DNA from: a virus
Taxonomy: Duplodnaviria > Caudoviricetes
Virus record (IMG/VR): IMGVR_UViG_3300020044_005099
Location: 1 to 27,435 of that record
Length of the DNA: 27,435 nt
Strand: one strand, 5' to 3'
Shown: piece by piece, positions 1 to 7,194 of the stretch
How the letters are laid out: the number at the start of each line of letters is the position of its first letter
Position numbering within the stretch: the first letter of the stretch is position 1
Position numbers and translations under genes: made by a program
Notes under the pieces: model-generated
The model's database searches: none
What the model was told of the DNA's origin: nothing
The model's input: only the letters and a program-made list of their open reading frames with translations

Positions 1-2
1 TA

Positions 3-119
3 GTCCGCATCATCGCCACCGGCAAAGAAATTGTCGTGAAGTCATACGGCAATGGCGCAATAGACGCAGCTGGTAATTTTTACCATGCTAGTACATATGA
101 ATTTGTGAGGAATGTTTGA
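3..119 (+). CDS. Hypothetical protein, 5'-truncated by window edge (...VRIIATGKEIVVKSYGNGAIDAAGNFYHASTYEFVRNV*)
   Basis: Open frame from base 3 to TGA 117-119, which overlaps the ATG of the next gene (TGATG). Confidence 0.6.
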   Translation, partial: VRIIATGKEIVVKSYGNGAIDAAGNFYHASTYEFVRNV

Positions 120-403
120 TGAACTATTACAACAGTGACACACTGCTTGAGCAGCAACAAGAGATTCAAAAGCTGAAAGATGAGCGCGACGCATACCTTG
201 CTGAACTACAAAAAGCAAACGCAGTAATTATTGATTTGCAGAGGAATCCGCCAAATATGCTTGAGAGCTGCCTGCGCCAAGTGCGGGCGGATGCTGTTAA
301 CAAGTTTGCGGAGCATGTGTTTACTGGTACTGATTGCTTGCACGTAAACTTGAAAACATACGCCAACCAATACGCTGCCAGCATCTTAGCTGGTAAGGAG
401 TGA
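119..403 (+). CDS. Hypothetical phage protein with N-terminal coiled coil
   Basis: ATG 119 with GAGG upstream, coupled to previous stop; coiled-coil-like LEQQQEIQKLKDERDAYLAELQK. Confidence 0.75.
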   Translation: MNYYNSDTLLEQQQEIQKLKDERDAYLAELQKANAVIIDLQRNPPNMLESCLRQVRADAVNKFAEHVFTGTDCLHVNLKTYANQYAASILAGKE

Positions 404-406
404 GTG

Positions 407-832
407 ATGAAAAATGAAAAACAAAAAAGGCTGGAGAGCGCAAACCAGTTAATTCAAATAATCTCTAGCCACGGTCGCCGATTTTTCTTCAATGAGAAAC
501 ATCAGCGCACATCAAGTATGGTTATTGATACTGGTGGAAAGGTTTATTTTATTGATGATTATACCGGCAAGGCGATTTACACACATAAAACAGGATTTCA
601 CCACGGCTGGCGCGGATTCTCGCATGGCGGCACGTTGCGCACATTGGTAGAGATGATGCGTGATTACGTGACGAAAGGCGTGCAGATACCGGCGCATTAC
701 CTCGGTCTTGAGCGCAGCTTTACGAACGGCAACATTTGGGGTTATTCGCCTGAAGAAATGCAAGCGGTGCGCGACAAGGCTTCGCTGCTGCCGATAATTA
801 AAGAAGCCAAGCGGCAGGATGGTGAGCAATGA
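407..832 (+). CDS. Conserved phage hypothetical protein (GRRFF...IDDYT...WRGFSHGGTLR motif family)
   Basis: AAGGAG RBS before ATG 407; motif pattern recalled from phage early-region proteins; function unknown. Confidence 0.8.
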   Translation: MKNEKQKRLESANQLIQIISSHGRRFFFNEKHQRTSSMVIDTGGKVYFIDDYTGKAIYTHKTGFHHGWRGFSHGGTLRTLVEMMRDYVTKGVQIPAHYLGLERSFTNGNIWGYSPEEMQAVRDKASLLPIIKEAKRQDGEQ

Positions 833-915
833 CCATCCTCGCATGGCTAGGCTTCGGATGCGCAATAGCCTGCATTGTGGTTTATGCGCTGGTTCAGTTT
901 TTACCTGGAGATTGA
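829..915 (+). CDS. 28-aa single-TM micropeptide MTILAWLGFGCAIACIVVYALVQFLPGD
   Basis: ATGA overlap with upstream stop; one ~20-aa hydrophobic stretch; below the ORF-track length cutoff. Confidence 0.6.
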   Translation: MTILAWLGFGCAIACIVVYALVQFLPGD

Positions 916-916
916 G

Positions 917-1051
917 ATGATTTATAAATTTAGGCAGTCGATAATTTCCATGGCTGTAAAGATGTACATTGCCAGAATCGGTGTGGACGATTTAACCGCT
1001 GGTATTTCTGATATTGTCAAACACGTAAGGGGTTTCAGCGATGAAAGATAA
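917..1051 (+). CDS. 44-aa hypothetical protein MIYKFRQSIISMAVKMYIARIGVDDLTAGISDIVKHVRGFSDER
   Basis: GGAG RBS 6 nt upstream; fills the gap between coupled ORFs. Confidence 0.6.
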   Translation: MIYKFRQSIISMAVKMYIARIGVDDLTAGISDIVKHVRGFSDER

Positions 1052-1133
1052 AGACTTTGTTTGCGTGGCACTTGGCGTTTCATGGTTCGTTGTGTGCCTG
1101 CTGGTCGCTGCTGTGCTTATGGGTAACTCATAA
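1041..1133 (+). CDS. 30-aa single-TM micropeptide MKDKDFVCVALGVSWFVVCLLVAAVLMGNS
   Basis: AAGGGG upstream; stop TAA overlaps next ATG (TAATG); hydrophobic core. Confidence 0.6.
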   Translation: MKDKDFVCVALGVSWFVVCLLVAAVLMGNS

Positions 1134-1528
1134 TGTTGTCTCCACTAGACCAACTCTATCTAGACACAACCAGCAAAGAAGATTTACTGGCAGAGATAAA
1201 CGACCAGCGCCGGCAGGTTATTGAGGCGCGTGGCTTGGCTGCTGAATTGGAGCGTAAGTTGTGGTCTGTTGAGAAAGAGCGTGATGCGCTGATGGTTAAG
1301 GTTGCTAGAATAGATAAGCTGGAAAAGGAAGCAAAACTAGCAAGGGCAAGGTTTTCAAAGCTCAAGAAAAAGACCGGAATTCAAAAGGAAGACCCAAAAC
1401 GGATAAAGGTAATAAAGCTGCATGAGATGGGCATGAAGCCATTGGAGATAGCAATGCAGCATAATATCAATTACGGGTATGTTAGAAACGTAATCGCTGA
1501 GTATAAAAAAGCCGCTTTATCAATTTGA
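1133..1528 (+). CDS. Coiled-coil protein with C-terminal helix-turn-helix (putative DNA-binding regulator)
   Basis: N-terminal heptad-like region; C-terminal VIKLHEMGMKPLEIAMQHNINYGYVRNVI fits an HTH pattern. Confidence 0.7.
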   Translation: MLSPLDQLYLDTTSKEDLLAEINDQRRQVIEARGLAAELERKLWSVEKERDALMVKVARIDKLEKEAKLARARFSKLKKKTGIQKEDPKRIKVIKLHEMGMKPLEIAMQHNINYGYVRNVIAEYKKAALSI

Positions 1529-1537
1529 TAGGCGGCT
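1505..1537 (-). terminator. Intrinsic terminator ending the lysis cassette, at the convergence with plus-strand genes
   Basis: Minus strand AGCCGCCTATCAAATTGATAAAGCGGCT followed by a T-run. Confidence 0.75.
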
Positions 1538-1586
1538 ATGAAATACAGCTGGGGAACGATGCTTGAGATGAGTCAGAGCTTCATAG

Positions 1587-2054
1587 TTATCTTATGGCAT
1601 TGTATTCGTTTATGCAAGCCTGCAATGCTATTCGATGCCTTCCAGCTTCCTCAGCGTATTTTCCCGCCATGTAGTCAGATATTCCAAGCAGCTCGGATAG
1701 CACTCTGGTATTTGTTGCGGCATTTGCGCGTTCTGCGAGAGTGCTGGAATTGCCACTTGCGGGCATGGCCTTAATTCTGTTGAGTTGATCGCGCATCCTG
1801 CCAGCAGAAGCGTCGGCAGCAGCCAAAGCGGCTTGGTGTTTGTCTTGTAAATCTTTTGCAGTCTTGTAAGCATGCTCAAGCTCCACGGTTAGTCGTTTCT
1901 GTTTATTCTGAACTTCTTCAAGCGCTTTCTGATTGGCTTCAGCATCTGATGTCATGTGTGCAGACCATTTGGCTTGCCACTGCCAGTCAGCGACTTTGTA
2001 GCCGCTGAGTGATGCAGCAACTACAGCGCCTGCCATTAGGTAGTATTTAATCAT
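1587..2054 (-). CDS. Rz: Inner-membrane spanin (Rz-like)
   Basis: N-terminal TM anchor, Ala/Gln-rich periplasmic coiled coil, C-terminal Cys (LQACINEY); downstream of endolysin; contains an embedded lipoprotein gene. Confidence 0.85.
   Translation of the reverse strand: MIKYYLMAGAVVAASLSGYKVADWQWQAKWSAHMTSDAEANQKALEEVQNKQKRLTVELEHAYKTAKDLQDKHQAALAAADASAGRMRDQLNRIKAMPASGNSSTLAERANAATNTRVLSELLGISDYMAGKYAEEAGRHRIALQACINEYNAIR
1628..1879 (-). CDS. Rz1: Outer-membrane spanin lipoprotein (Rz1-like), embedded in the i-spanin gene
   Basis: Lipobox LLAG-C, Pro-rich mature part (RPCPQVAIPAL), nested in another frame of Rz; start may be the second Met. Confidence 0.85.
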   Translation of the reverse strand: MSMLTRLQKIYKTNTKPLWLLPTLLLAGCAINSTELRPCPQVAIPALSQNAQMPQQIPECYPSCLEYLTTWRENTLRKLEGIE

Positions 2055-2307
2055 CTTTGACGTTGCCTTCTCTGATGTACTTTAAACCTTGCCAGATAGC
2101 CGTGATTAAAGCCATCCCTATTGCGCTATACGCGATTGCAGCCTGAACTGGGTCCAGTTGCTTAAGACTGCGCACAATCTCCCACAGGAGCAGCTGCGAG
2201 CTTATGATAAGACCAACCGGCACTATACGCATTTGACGCAGCGTAACGTGCAAAGGTTGCTTAATGATGAACCCGAGCACATTATCTATCGCCTCTAGCC
2301 AAGTCAT
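2047..2307 (-). CDS. Putative holin (2 TM, charged C-terminus)
   Basis: 86 aa, two hydrophobic segments, between endolysin and spanins. Confidence 0.6.
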   Translation of the reverse strand: MTWLEAIDNVLGFIIKQPLHVTLRQMRIVPVGLIISSQLLLWEIVRSLKQLDPVQAAIAYSAIGMALITAIWQGLKYIREGNVKDD

Positions 2308-2309
2308 GC

Positions 2310-2663
2310 TTAATACTCGAAAAACACATCTTGCGGCAATGATTCGTCAATGTCGCAGTGGAAGAAGTTTTTGGCCTGATTGTAGCCAATTCGGCGAAAT
2401 CCAGCAGCGTAAAGACCTTTTAAGATTGCGAACCTTGCCTGACTGCTAGGGCATGCAATATCAACCGCCAAGCCGCGCAAGTGAGAGCTGTTGGGCGTGC
2501 CGCCGACATTCCTGTTATGGTTCGCGCATCGTGCGCCGGAAGTGATTACAAAAGGCAATGCAGCAACCTCCCGCGCCTCATTCAGCTTAATCAAAAGCTG
2601 CCTAGTGATATTCATTCCGCAACCACATCGGCACATCGTTTCAGAATCACTGAAGTAGCTCAT
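2310..2663 (-). CDS. Endolysin, peptidase M15A-type Zn peptidase
   Basis: CRCGCG, ITSGARC..HN, SSHLRGLAVDI (H-x6-D) and FFHCD motifs. Confidence 0.9.
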   Translation of the reverse strand: MSYFSDSETMCRCGCGMNITRQLLIKLNEAREVAALPFVITSGARCANHNRNVGGTPNSSHLRGLAVDIACPSSQARFAILKGLYAAGFRRIGYNQAKNFFHCDIDESLPQDVFFEY

Positions 2664-3121
2664 TCACGCAATCTCCATAAGTCTGAAACTGTCGGGCTAT
2701 ACCCATCAATAAAGCGCTTGGTTACGTGCCCAACAAGCTCAGAGCAATTATAGCTGTACTTGCTGCCTAAGCTAATTCTAAGCAACCTGAAGAGCCACAG
2801 AGCGCCTATGGTGGCAAGCATGTCGTATTCTGTTTTGCTAGTAACTAGCAGCTCGCACTGCTCGCGCCAGGATTCGTTACTTGTCCAGACTTCTTTTGTG
2901 CGCCAAGCTGAGTAACGTTTTTTAAACACGTCTGCCGGCGTCTTGATAACGCCTTTACGCCTGCCAATTCTGCCTTTGTAGCGACCGCCGACAGACTCAT
3001 AAACATAATCACCATCCAAGATGGCAACGTGCGACCACGGCGACACATCAAAAAACCGAATCAGCAGCCCGACAAATTTCGAGCTGCGGCCAAAGATTAA
3101 AGTGACTTTATGCACGGTCAA
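2660..3121 (-). CDS. Permuted papain-like (NlpC/P60, YaeF/YiiX C92-type) amidase
   Basis: N-terminal SPWSHVAI (His), central YD and C-terminal YNCSELV (Cys): permuted catalytic order. Confidence 0.8.
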   Translation of the reverse strand: MTVHKVTLIFGRSSKFVGLLIRFFDVSPWSHVAILDGDYVYESVGGRYKGRIGRRKGVIKTPADVFKKRYSAWRTKEVWTSNESWREQCELLVTSKTEYDMLATIGALWLFRLLRISLGSKYSYNCSELVGHVTKRFIDGYSPTVSDLWRLRE

Positions 3122-3557
3122 TGTACCAAAGATTTAAAACCGCAGCGGTTGAGCTTGGTTTTTTTGCTCTGATTTTCAGGTTCCTATTTACCTGAATAGC
3201 GTTAACGGTTGTTACAGGCATAGCGCCTAATGATGAGTTATAACCAAGCAGATATGCATTGCTGTCTGTGTATGAAACCGCAGACCCAGTTAAAACCACA
3301 ACGCCATCAACTTCAATTTCAGACTCTAGCAAGTTTGATGTTCCGTTAAGACCTGTTAGCGTGGCCGCAATCAAGATGCGAGTTTTACCAGCTGGCACAT
3401 CCAAATTACACATCTGTGTCAGCGCAGCACTAATGCTTGTGGCTGACGAAGTAAATGCAGGAGTATATACTGCGCTATTTGGCGCTATCGTGACCGTAGC
3501 TTGTAGGCTGTTGAAATAGTTGGCACCTAAGCCGTTAATATCAAAAGGACCAGACAT
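3108..3557 (-). CDS. Putative tail-fibre-associated beta-sandwich protein
   Basis: Thr/Ser/Val-rich beta-type composition; position after the fibre cluster; overlapping neighbours. Confidence 0.55.
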   Translation of the reverse strand: MSGPFDINGLGANYFNSLQATVTIAPNSAVYTPAFTSSATSISAALTQMCNLDVPAGKTRILIAATLTGLNGTSNLLESEIEVDGVVVLTGSAVSYTDSNAYLLGYNSSLGAMPVTTVNAIQVNRNLKIRAKKPSSTAAVLNLWYIDRA

Positions 3558-3781
3558 TATTCTTCCTCCGGCATGAATGAGTTAAAATGCGCTTTGTCGT
3601 TGAACTTGTAGCAAGTCATTGGCGGAATACCATCAAATACCCGAGAAGGAGTTGCAGGCGTTACGATAAAATCATCAGCATCTTCAATTATGCCGATCAC
3701 GTTAACGTGCCAGCCATCAACCGCCACTGGATTTTCTGGGTCTGTTTTATCGTAAACCAGTCCGATTTCATCAATAACCAT
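3557..3781 (-). CDS. Small tail-fibre-associated protein (IDEIG...GWHVN...TPSRVF type)
   Basis: Motif pattern recalled from small proteins next to phage fibre genes; coupled start/stop overlaps. Confidence 0.6.
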   Translation of the reverse strand: MVIDEIGLVYDKTDPENPVAVDGWHVNVIGIIEDADDFIVTPATPSRVFDGIPPMTCYKFNDKAHFNSFMPEEE

Positions 3782-4595
3782 TTGCTTTCCTCCGCATATT
3801 TCCCATCACCTCATCGATTGTACCGACAAACACATAGACTCTAAAGTGGTATGTGCCGGATGGATTTGCAAATCTGTAGACAGTATTCCACTTAACAACC
3901 TGTTCAGGAATGAATCGCCAGCGGCCATATCCTGCGGATTGCCACAGCGCTTGCGGAAGCTCAGGCGACCATGCACCCATTGCATGCTGACCGTCAGGCG
4001 TTGATAGAATAACCGGCAAATTCTGCTCTCCAGGGCCATCTGATAACAAACCGAGCGAGTTAGTCACCGGATTATAAGTCCAGAAAGCCGAAAAACTTGG
4101 TGGCATGTAACCAGTCAGCACTTCAAAAGTAGCGCTTGCGTGCGCCTCATTCGCCGGTAAATTGAACTGAACAGAGTATTCAATAACATTATTTGGCATG
4201 ACATAAACATGCTTGTTTAGTGTGTGCTGACTGATGAACTGCCAGCCAACCGGCTTCCAAAATGCCATCTGCGTATAAGTGGCCAGCGTGTTGCTGGTCT
4301 GCCATGAGGCAATCAGCCGGCTGGTTGAGCCTGATGGATTTAAGCCGTCCTGCTCTGAGCCTGCCTCTGTTGGGTTAAACGCTTCGCCCAATCCGCCGAA
4401 GCTCGACGCTGACTGCATTTGCCGCCCGTGGTCGTAGTCGTCAATATACTCAACGCCGCGCAGCTTTACGCTGCATACCGCGCCAGCGTCATGCGAGCAG
4501 GTTTTAACAGTTAGCTGCCCGTTACTTATAGTCATTGCCGACTGTGGCGCTGCCGACACGCAAAATGGGATTAGTAACGCGATTAATTTCATCAT
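3771..4595 (-). CDS. Secreted beta-rich protein with Sec signal peptide, possibly carbohydrate-binding/mutarotase-like fold
   Basis: MMKLIALLIPFCVSA-A signal peptide; DHGRQMQS and FNPTEAGS motif-like segments; aromatic-rich beta composition. Confidence 0.65.
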   Translation of the reverse strand: MMKLIALLIPFCVSAAPQSAMTISNGQLTVKTCSHDAGAVCSVKLRGVEYIDDYDHGRQMQSASSFGGLGEAFNPTEAGSEQDGLNPSGSTSRLIASWQTSNTLATYTQMAFWKPVGWQFISQHTLNKHVYVMPNNVIEYSVQFNLPANEAHASATFEVLTGYMPPSFSAFWTYNPVTNSLGLLSDGPGEQNLPVILSTPDGQHAMGAWSPELPQALWQSAGYGRWRFIPEQVVKWNTVYRFANPSGTYHFRVYVFVGTIDEVMGNMRRKANGY

Positions 4596-6271
4596 GCTGT
4601 CAACGCCTGCATATCTGCATTGCTAAAAATACCACCAAGGTAAACTGCCCGTTTGATTGGCGTATACGGTTGCAGTGTGGCGCTATTGTAGCGGCGACAC
4701 CCTATACCAAGTTTATCGTACCCTGTAGGCAGCGCTGTAGTGGTAACGCTTGTGCCTGCCGCACCATTAAGCCAGAAAGACCAGCTGTAAGTGCCATCAG
4801 AATTCCTAACATACCTGACAGCAGCTTTGTATAGCACTCCCGAGGTAAATGTGCCAACAGACAAGTTGGTATTAACTCCAGATACTCGAATTGTAGCAAA
4901 CAGCTTATTGCTATCAGCGCCGCTGCCATAGTTAATTGAGCATTCTTGCGTAGTGCTTGTGTCGCCAATCGCGATCAGTCGTTCTAAGTTGCCGAAAGCC
5001 TGAGCGATAAATTCAACGTACAAAACACCGCCATTTAATGCAAAGGCGTTTGCCAAGTCGCGCCGAACCTGAGTAGCAGCTCGCGTTACTTGCGCTGTAG
5101 TGGTTGGAATGTAACCAGTATAAAAGCTCCCAACCTCTAGCTGCGGTGTTTCGTGTATCACTGTGCCGGTTGCGTTGTTAACGCAGCCAAGGCCAATCCG
5201 CACAAAATAACTACCACCAACAGCGCCAGTGGTAAAAGTAATTGCGTAAGTGCCTGCTGAAGTAACTGAGCTGCCGTTTAAAATAGTTGTACCAGATGGC
5301 GTGTCAGCTCCGCCGACAGATACCGCCCGCATTACAACATCTGTTGCGATTGTACCATTTGCAAAATAACAGCTTAGAGTATAAGTTGTTAACGCTGCTA
5401 GTGTTACTGTCTGCTCATAACATTCTCTATTAGTAGTGCCTGACTGTGTAGATCGTATAGCTCCGGAGAATCGCGGGCTGGCTGCGGTCGTGGTGACGCC
5501 TGTACTAAAAGCAATCACCCAACCAGTCGGCGGAGTTTCACCACTAGCCGCTGTATACTGCGAGTGTAGCAGCAGGTTTGTCGATGCAGGTCTAGTGTTA
5601 ATGCCTAAAGATTCGCCTGTAGTCGCATTGTATTGTATTGATGGAGTATCAGCACCAACAGATTGAACGTTAAACGGGCCTGTGTAAGTCTCGTTTGACG
5701 CCCTGATGGTTTGAAGCACTGACGTCAACTGCTTAGGCTCAATCCCGTACCGCTCGTACGCAAAATACTTGTTGCGCGCAAAGTTGAAATCCAGTAATGC
5801 GCGGGAGAACAAGCTATCGACGTAGCGAGTGAATGACTCACCGCTTGCGACAACCCATGACGCGCTAATTCCAGGCTCTGCCGCTGTAACGTTTGCAAGG
5901 TTTGACAGCAGCACCCATGTTAGACCGTTGTGATATACGGATGCTGGCACAGCAAGCGAGCCAGTCAGCGCAGACCATGAGCCTTTGAAGTTTGCAGTGC
6001 CGGCAGCCAAATCTTTATAGGACAGCGCCAGTGCAGCAGAGGCATCTGATGCTGAAGCTGAATTCTGCGATTGCAATGCTGAAGCCTGTGCAGCTGCTTT
6101 ATCCGCTTCAATCTCAGCGCCTGACGAATCAATATAAGCGCCAAACGCGTTCAACTCAGTGCGGAAGTTAGGCAAAGCGCCTAGAAACGAATCGCCATTG
6201 GTTGCAAATTCTGCCGGCGTCTGCGTGCGCTGCGGCACCGTGCCAAGGCTGGTTATTGGTGGGTATGCCAT
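4592..6271 (-). CDS. Tail fibre / receptor-binding protein (N-terminal anchor, carbohydrate-binding and LamG-like domains)
   Basis: Ala-rich stalk, NFKGSWS..GSL..PASVYHNG..W motif, TNLL..S, QLEVGSF.T.YIPTT..VTRAA and C-terminal ...SNADMQALT typical of phage fibres. Confidence 0.8.
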   Translation of the reverse strand: MAYPPITSLGTVPQRTQTPAEFATNGDSFLGALPNFRTELNAFGAYIDSSGAEIEADKAAAQASALQSQNSASASDASAALALSYKDLAAGTANFKGSWSALTGSLAVPASVYHNGLTWVLLSNLANVTAAEPGISASWVVASGESFTRYVDSLFSRALLDFNFARNKYFAYERYGIEPKQLTSVLQTIRASNETYTGPFNVQSVGADTPSIQYNATTGESLGINTRPASTNLLLHSQYTAASGETPPTGWVIAFSTGVTTTAASPRFSGAIRSTQSGTTNRECYEQTVTLAALTTYTLSCYFANGTIATDVVMRAVSVGGADTPSGTTILNGSSVTSAGTYAITFTTGAVGGSYFVRIGLGCVNNATGTVIHETPQLEVGSFYTGYIPTTTAQVTRAATQVRRDLANAFALNGGVLYVEFIAQAFGNLERLIAIGDTSTTQECSINYGSGADSNKLFATIRVSGVNTNLSVGTFTSGVLYKAAVRYVRNSDGTYSWSFWLNGAAGTSVTTTALPTGYDKLGIGCRRYNSATLQPYTPIKRAVYLGGIFSNADMQALTA

Positions 6272-7194
6272 TAGATTAAACCCTCAATTTGTAAAGTCGC
6301 TGAACATTTTACTGGGCCATCAATTGTGTTGATGTAGTTTTTATAATACCCATAAACGATTGTATCATCATCTGATTCATCTGTACCAACCCAGACGCAA
6401 GGAATGGTTGTTAGCGCTGACAGGTTTCGCATGACATAGCCAACCCGCCCCTTGTCCACCCTAATATCAAAATCAACCAGCTTGGCAGTGCGCCTTGGCA
6501 CAATAATAAAGTTGCCGAAGTCATCACGCTCTTTGCGGCTAAAGTCTAGCAGCTGAATTGAAGTGCCGTAACATGCCACACCTAAAGTTAATTGCTGTCC
6601 CATCACCATAGTGCCGACTGATACTGATGTGTCTCCGTCAAATGACACTGAGATAGTCGCCTGACTGTATGACGGCATATCCATCACAACGAACTCTGAC
6701 CGAGTGACGATTGGCGCGAAGAAGTATTGATACCAGTCTACAACTGATGAGTTGTCTTGCAGGTTTACAACCTCGCTGTAAACAAGACCTTCTGTCGGAT
6801 CATCCATCTCAATAGTAACTTCAGACACGCCCGTCATGTTGAAAGCAGCGACAGCTGTTGCAATTCTTCCAGGTGTAACTTCAACCGTTAGCGGTGCAGA
6901 TGTTTCAGTAGATACTGAGCCGACAACGCCATCAAACATCCGGTAACGGTTTGTATAGCCAATCACAATCCAAGTCGGCACATCTTTAGCAGCGCCCACA
7001 TCAGGCTCGTCAGTGGTGTTCGGTGTCGCAACAACCTCGTAAATTAGGTGAGTGGTGGTCAGTATGCGCTGCGTGCCTGTGTTGTACGTTCCGGCGGTCC
7101 ATGTCACTTCTCCGGCTGCCGTATCTGGCTCAGGTATCGTGCTGCTTGTGAGCGCAGAACCTGATATTAAGTCAACCGGCTGTATTACTCTCAT
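6271..7194 (-). CDS. Tail tip/distal tail-type protein directly after tape measure
   Basis: ATGA overlap with TMP stop; N-terminal W..GTY small carbohydrate-binding-like motif; C-terminal DFSRKERDDFGN...YGYYK...LQIEGL. Confidence 0.7.
   Translation of the reverse strand: MRVIQPVDLISGSALTSSTIPEPDTAAGEVTWTAGTYNTGTQRILTTTHLIYEVVATPNTTDEPDVGAAKDVPTWIVIGYTNRYRMFDGVVGSVSTETSAPLTVEVTPGRIATAVAAFNMTGVSEVTIEMDDPTEGLVYSEVVNLQDNSSVVDWYQYFFAPIVTRSEFVVMDMPSYSQATISVSFDGDTSVSVGTMVMGQQLTLGVACYGTSIQLLDFSRKERDDFGNFIIVPRRTAKLVDFDIRVDKGRVGYVMRNLSALTTIPCVWVGTDESDDDTIVYGYYKNYINTIDGPVKCSATLQIEGLI

Noticed and set aside
4592-6271. Diversity-generating retroelement or invertible cassette acting on the fibre
   Set aside because: No reverse transcriptase, recombinase, template/variable repeat pair or crossover repeats seen in the window
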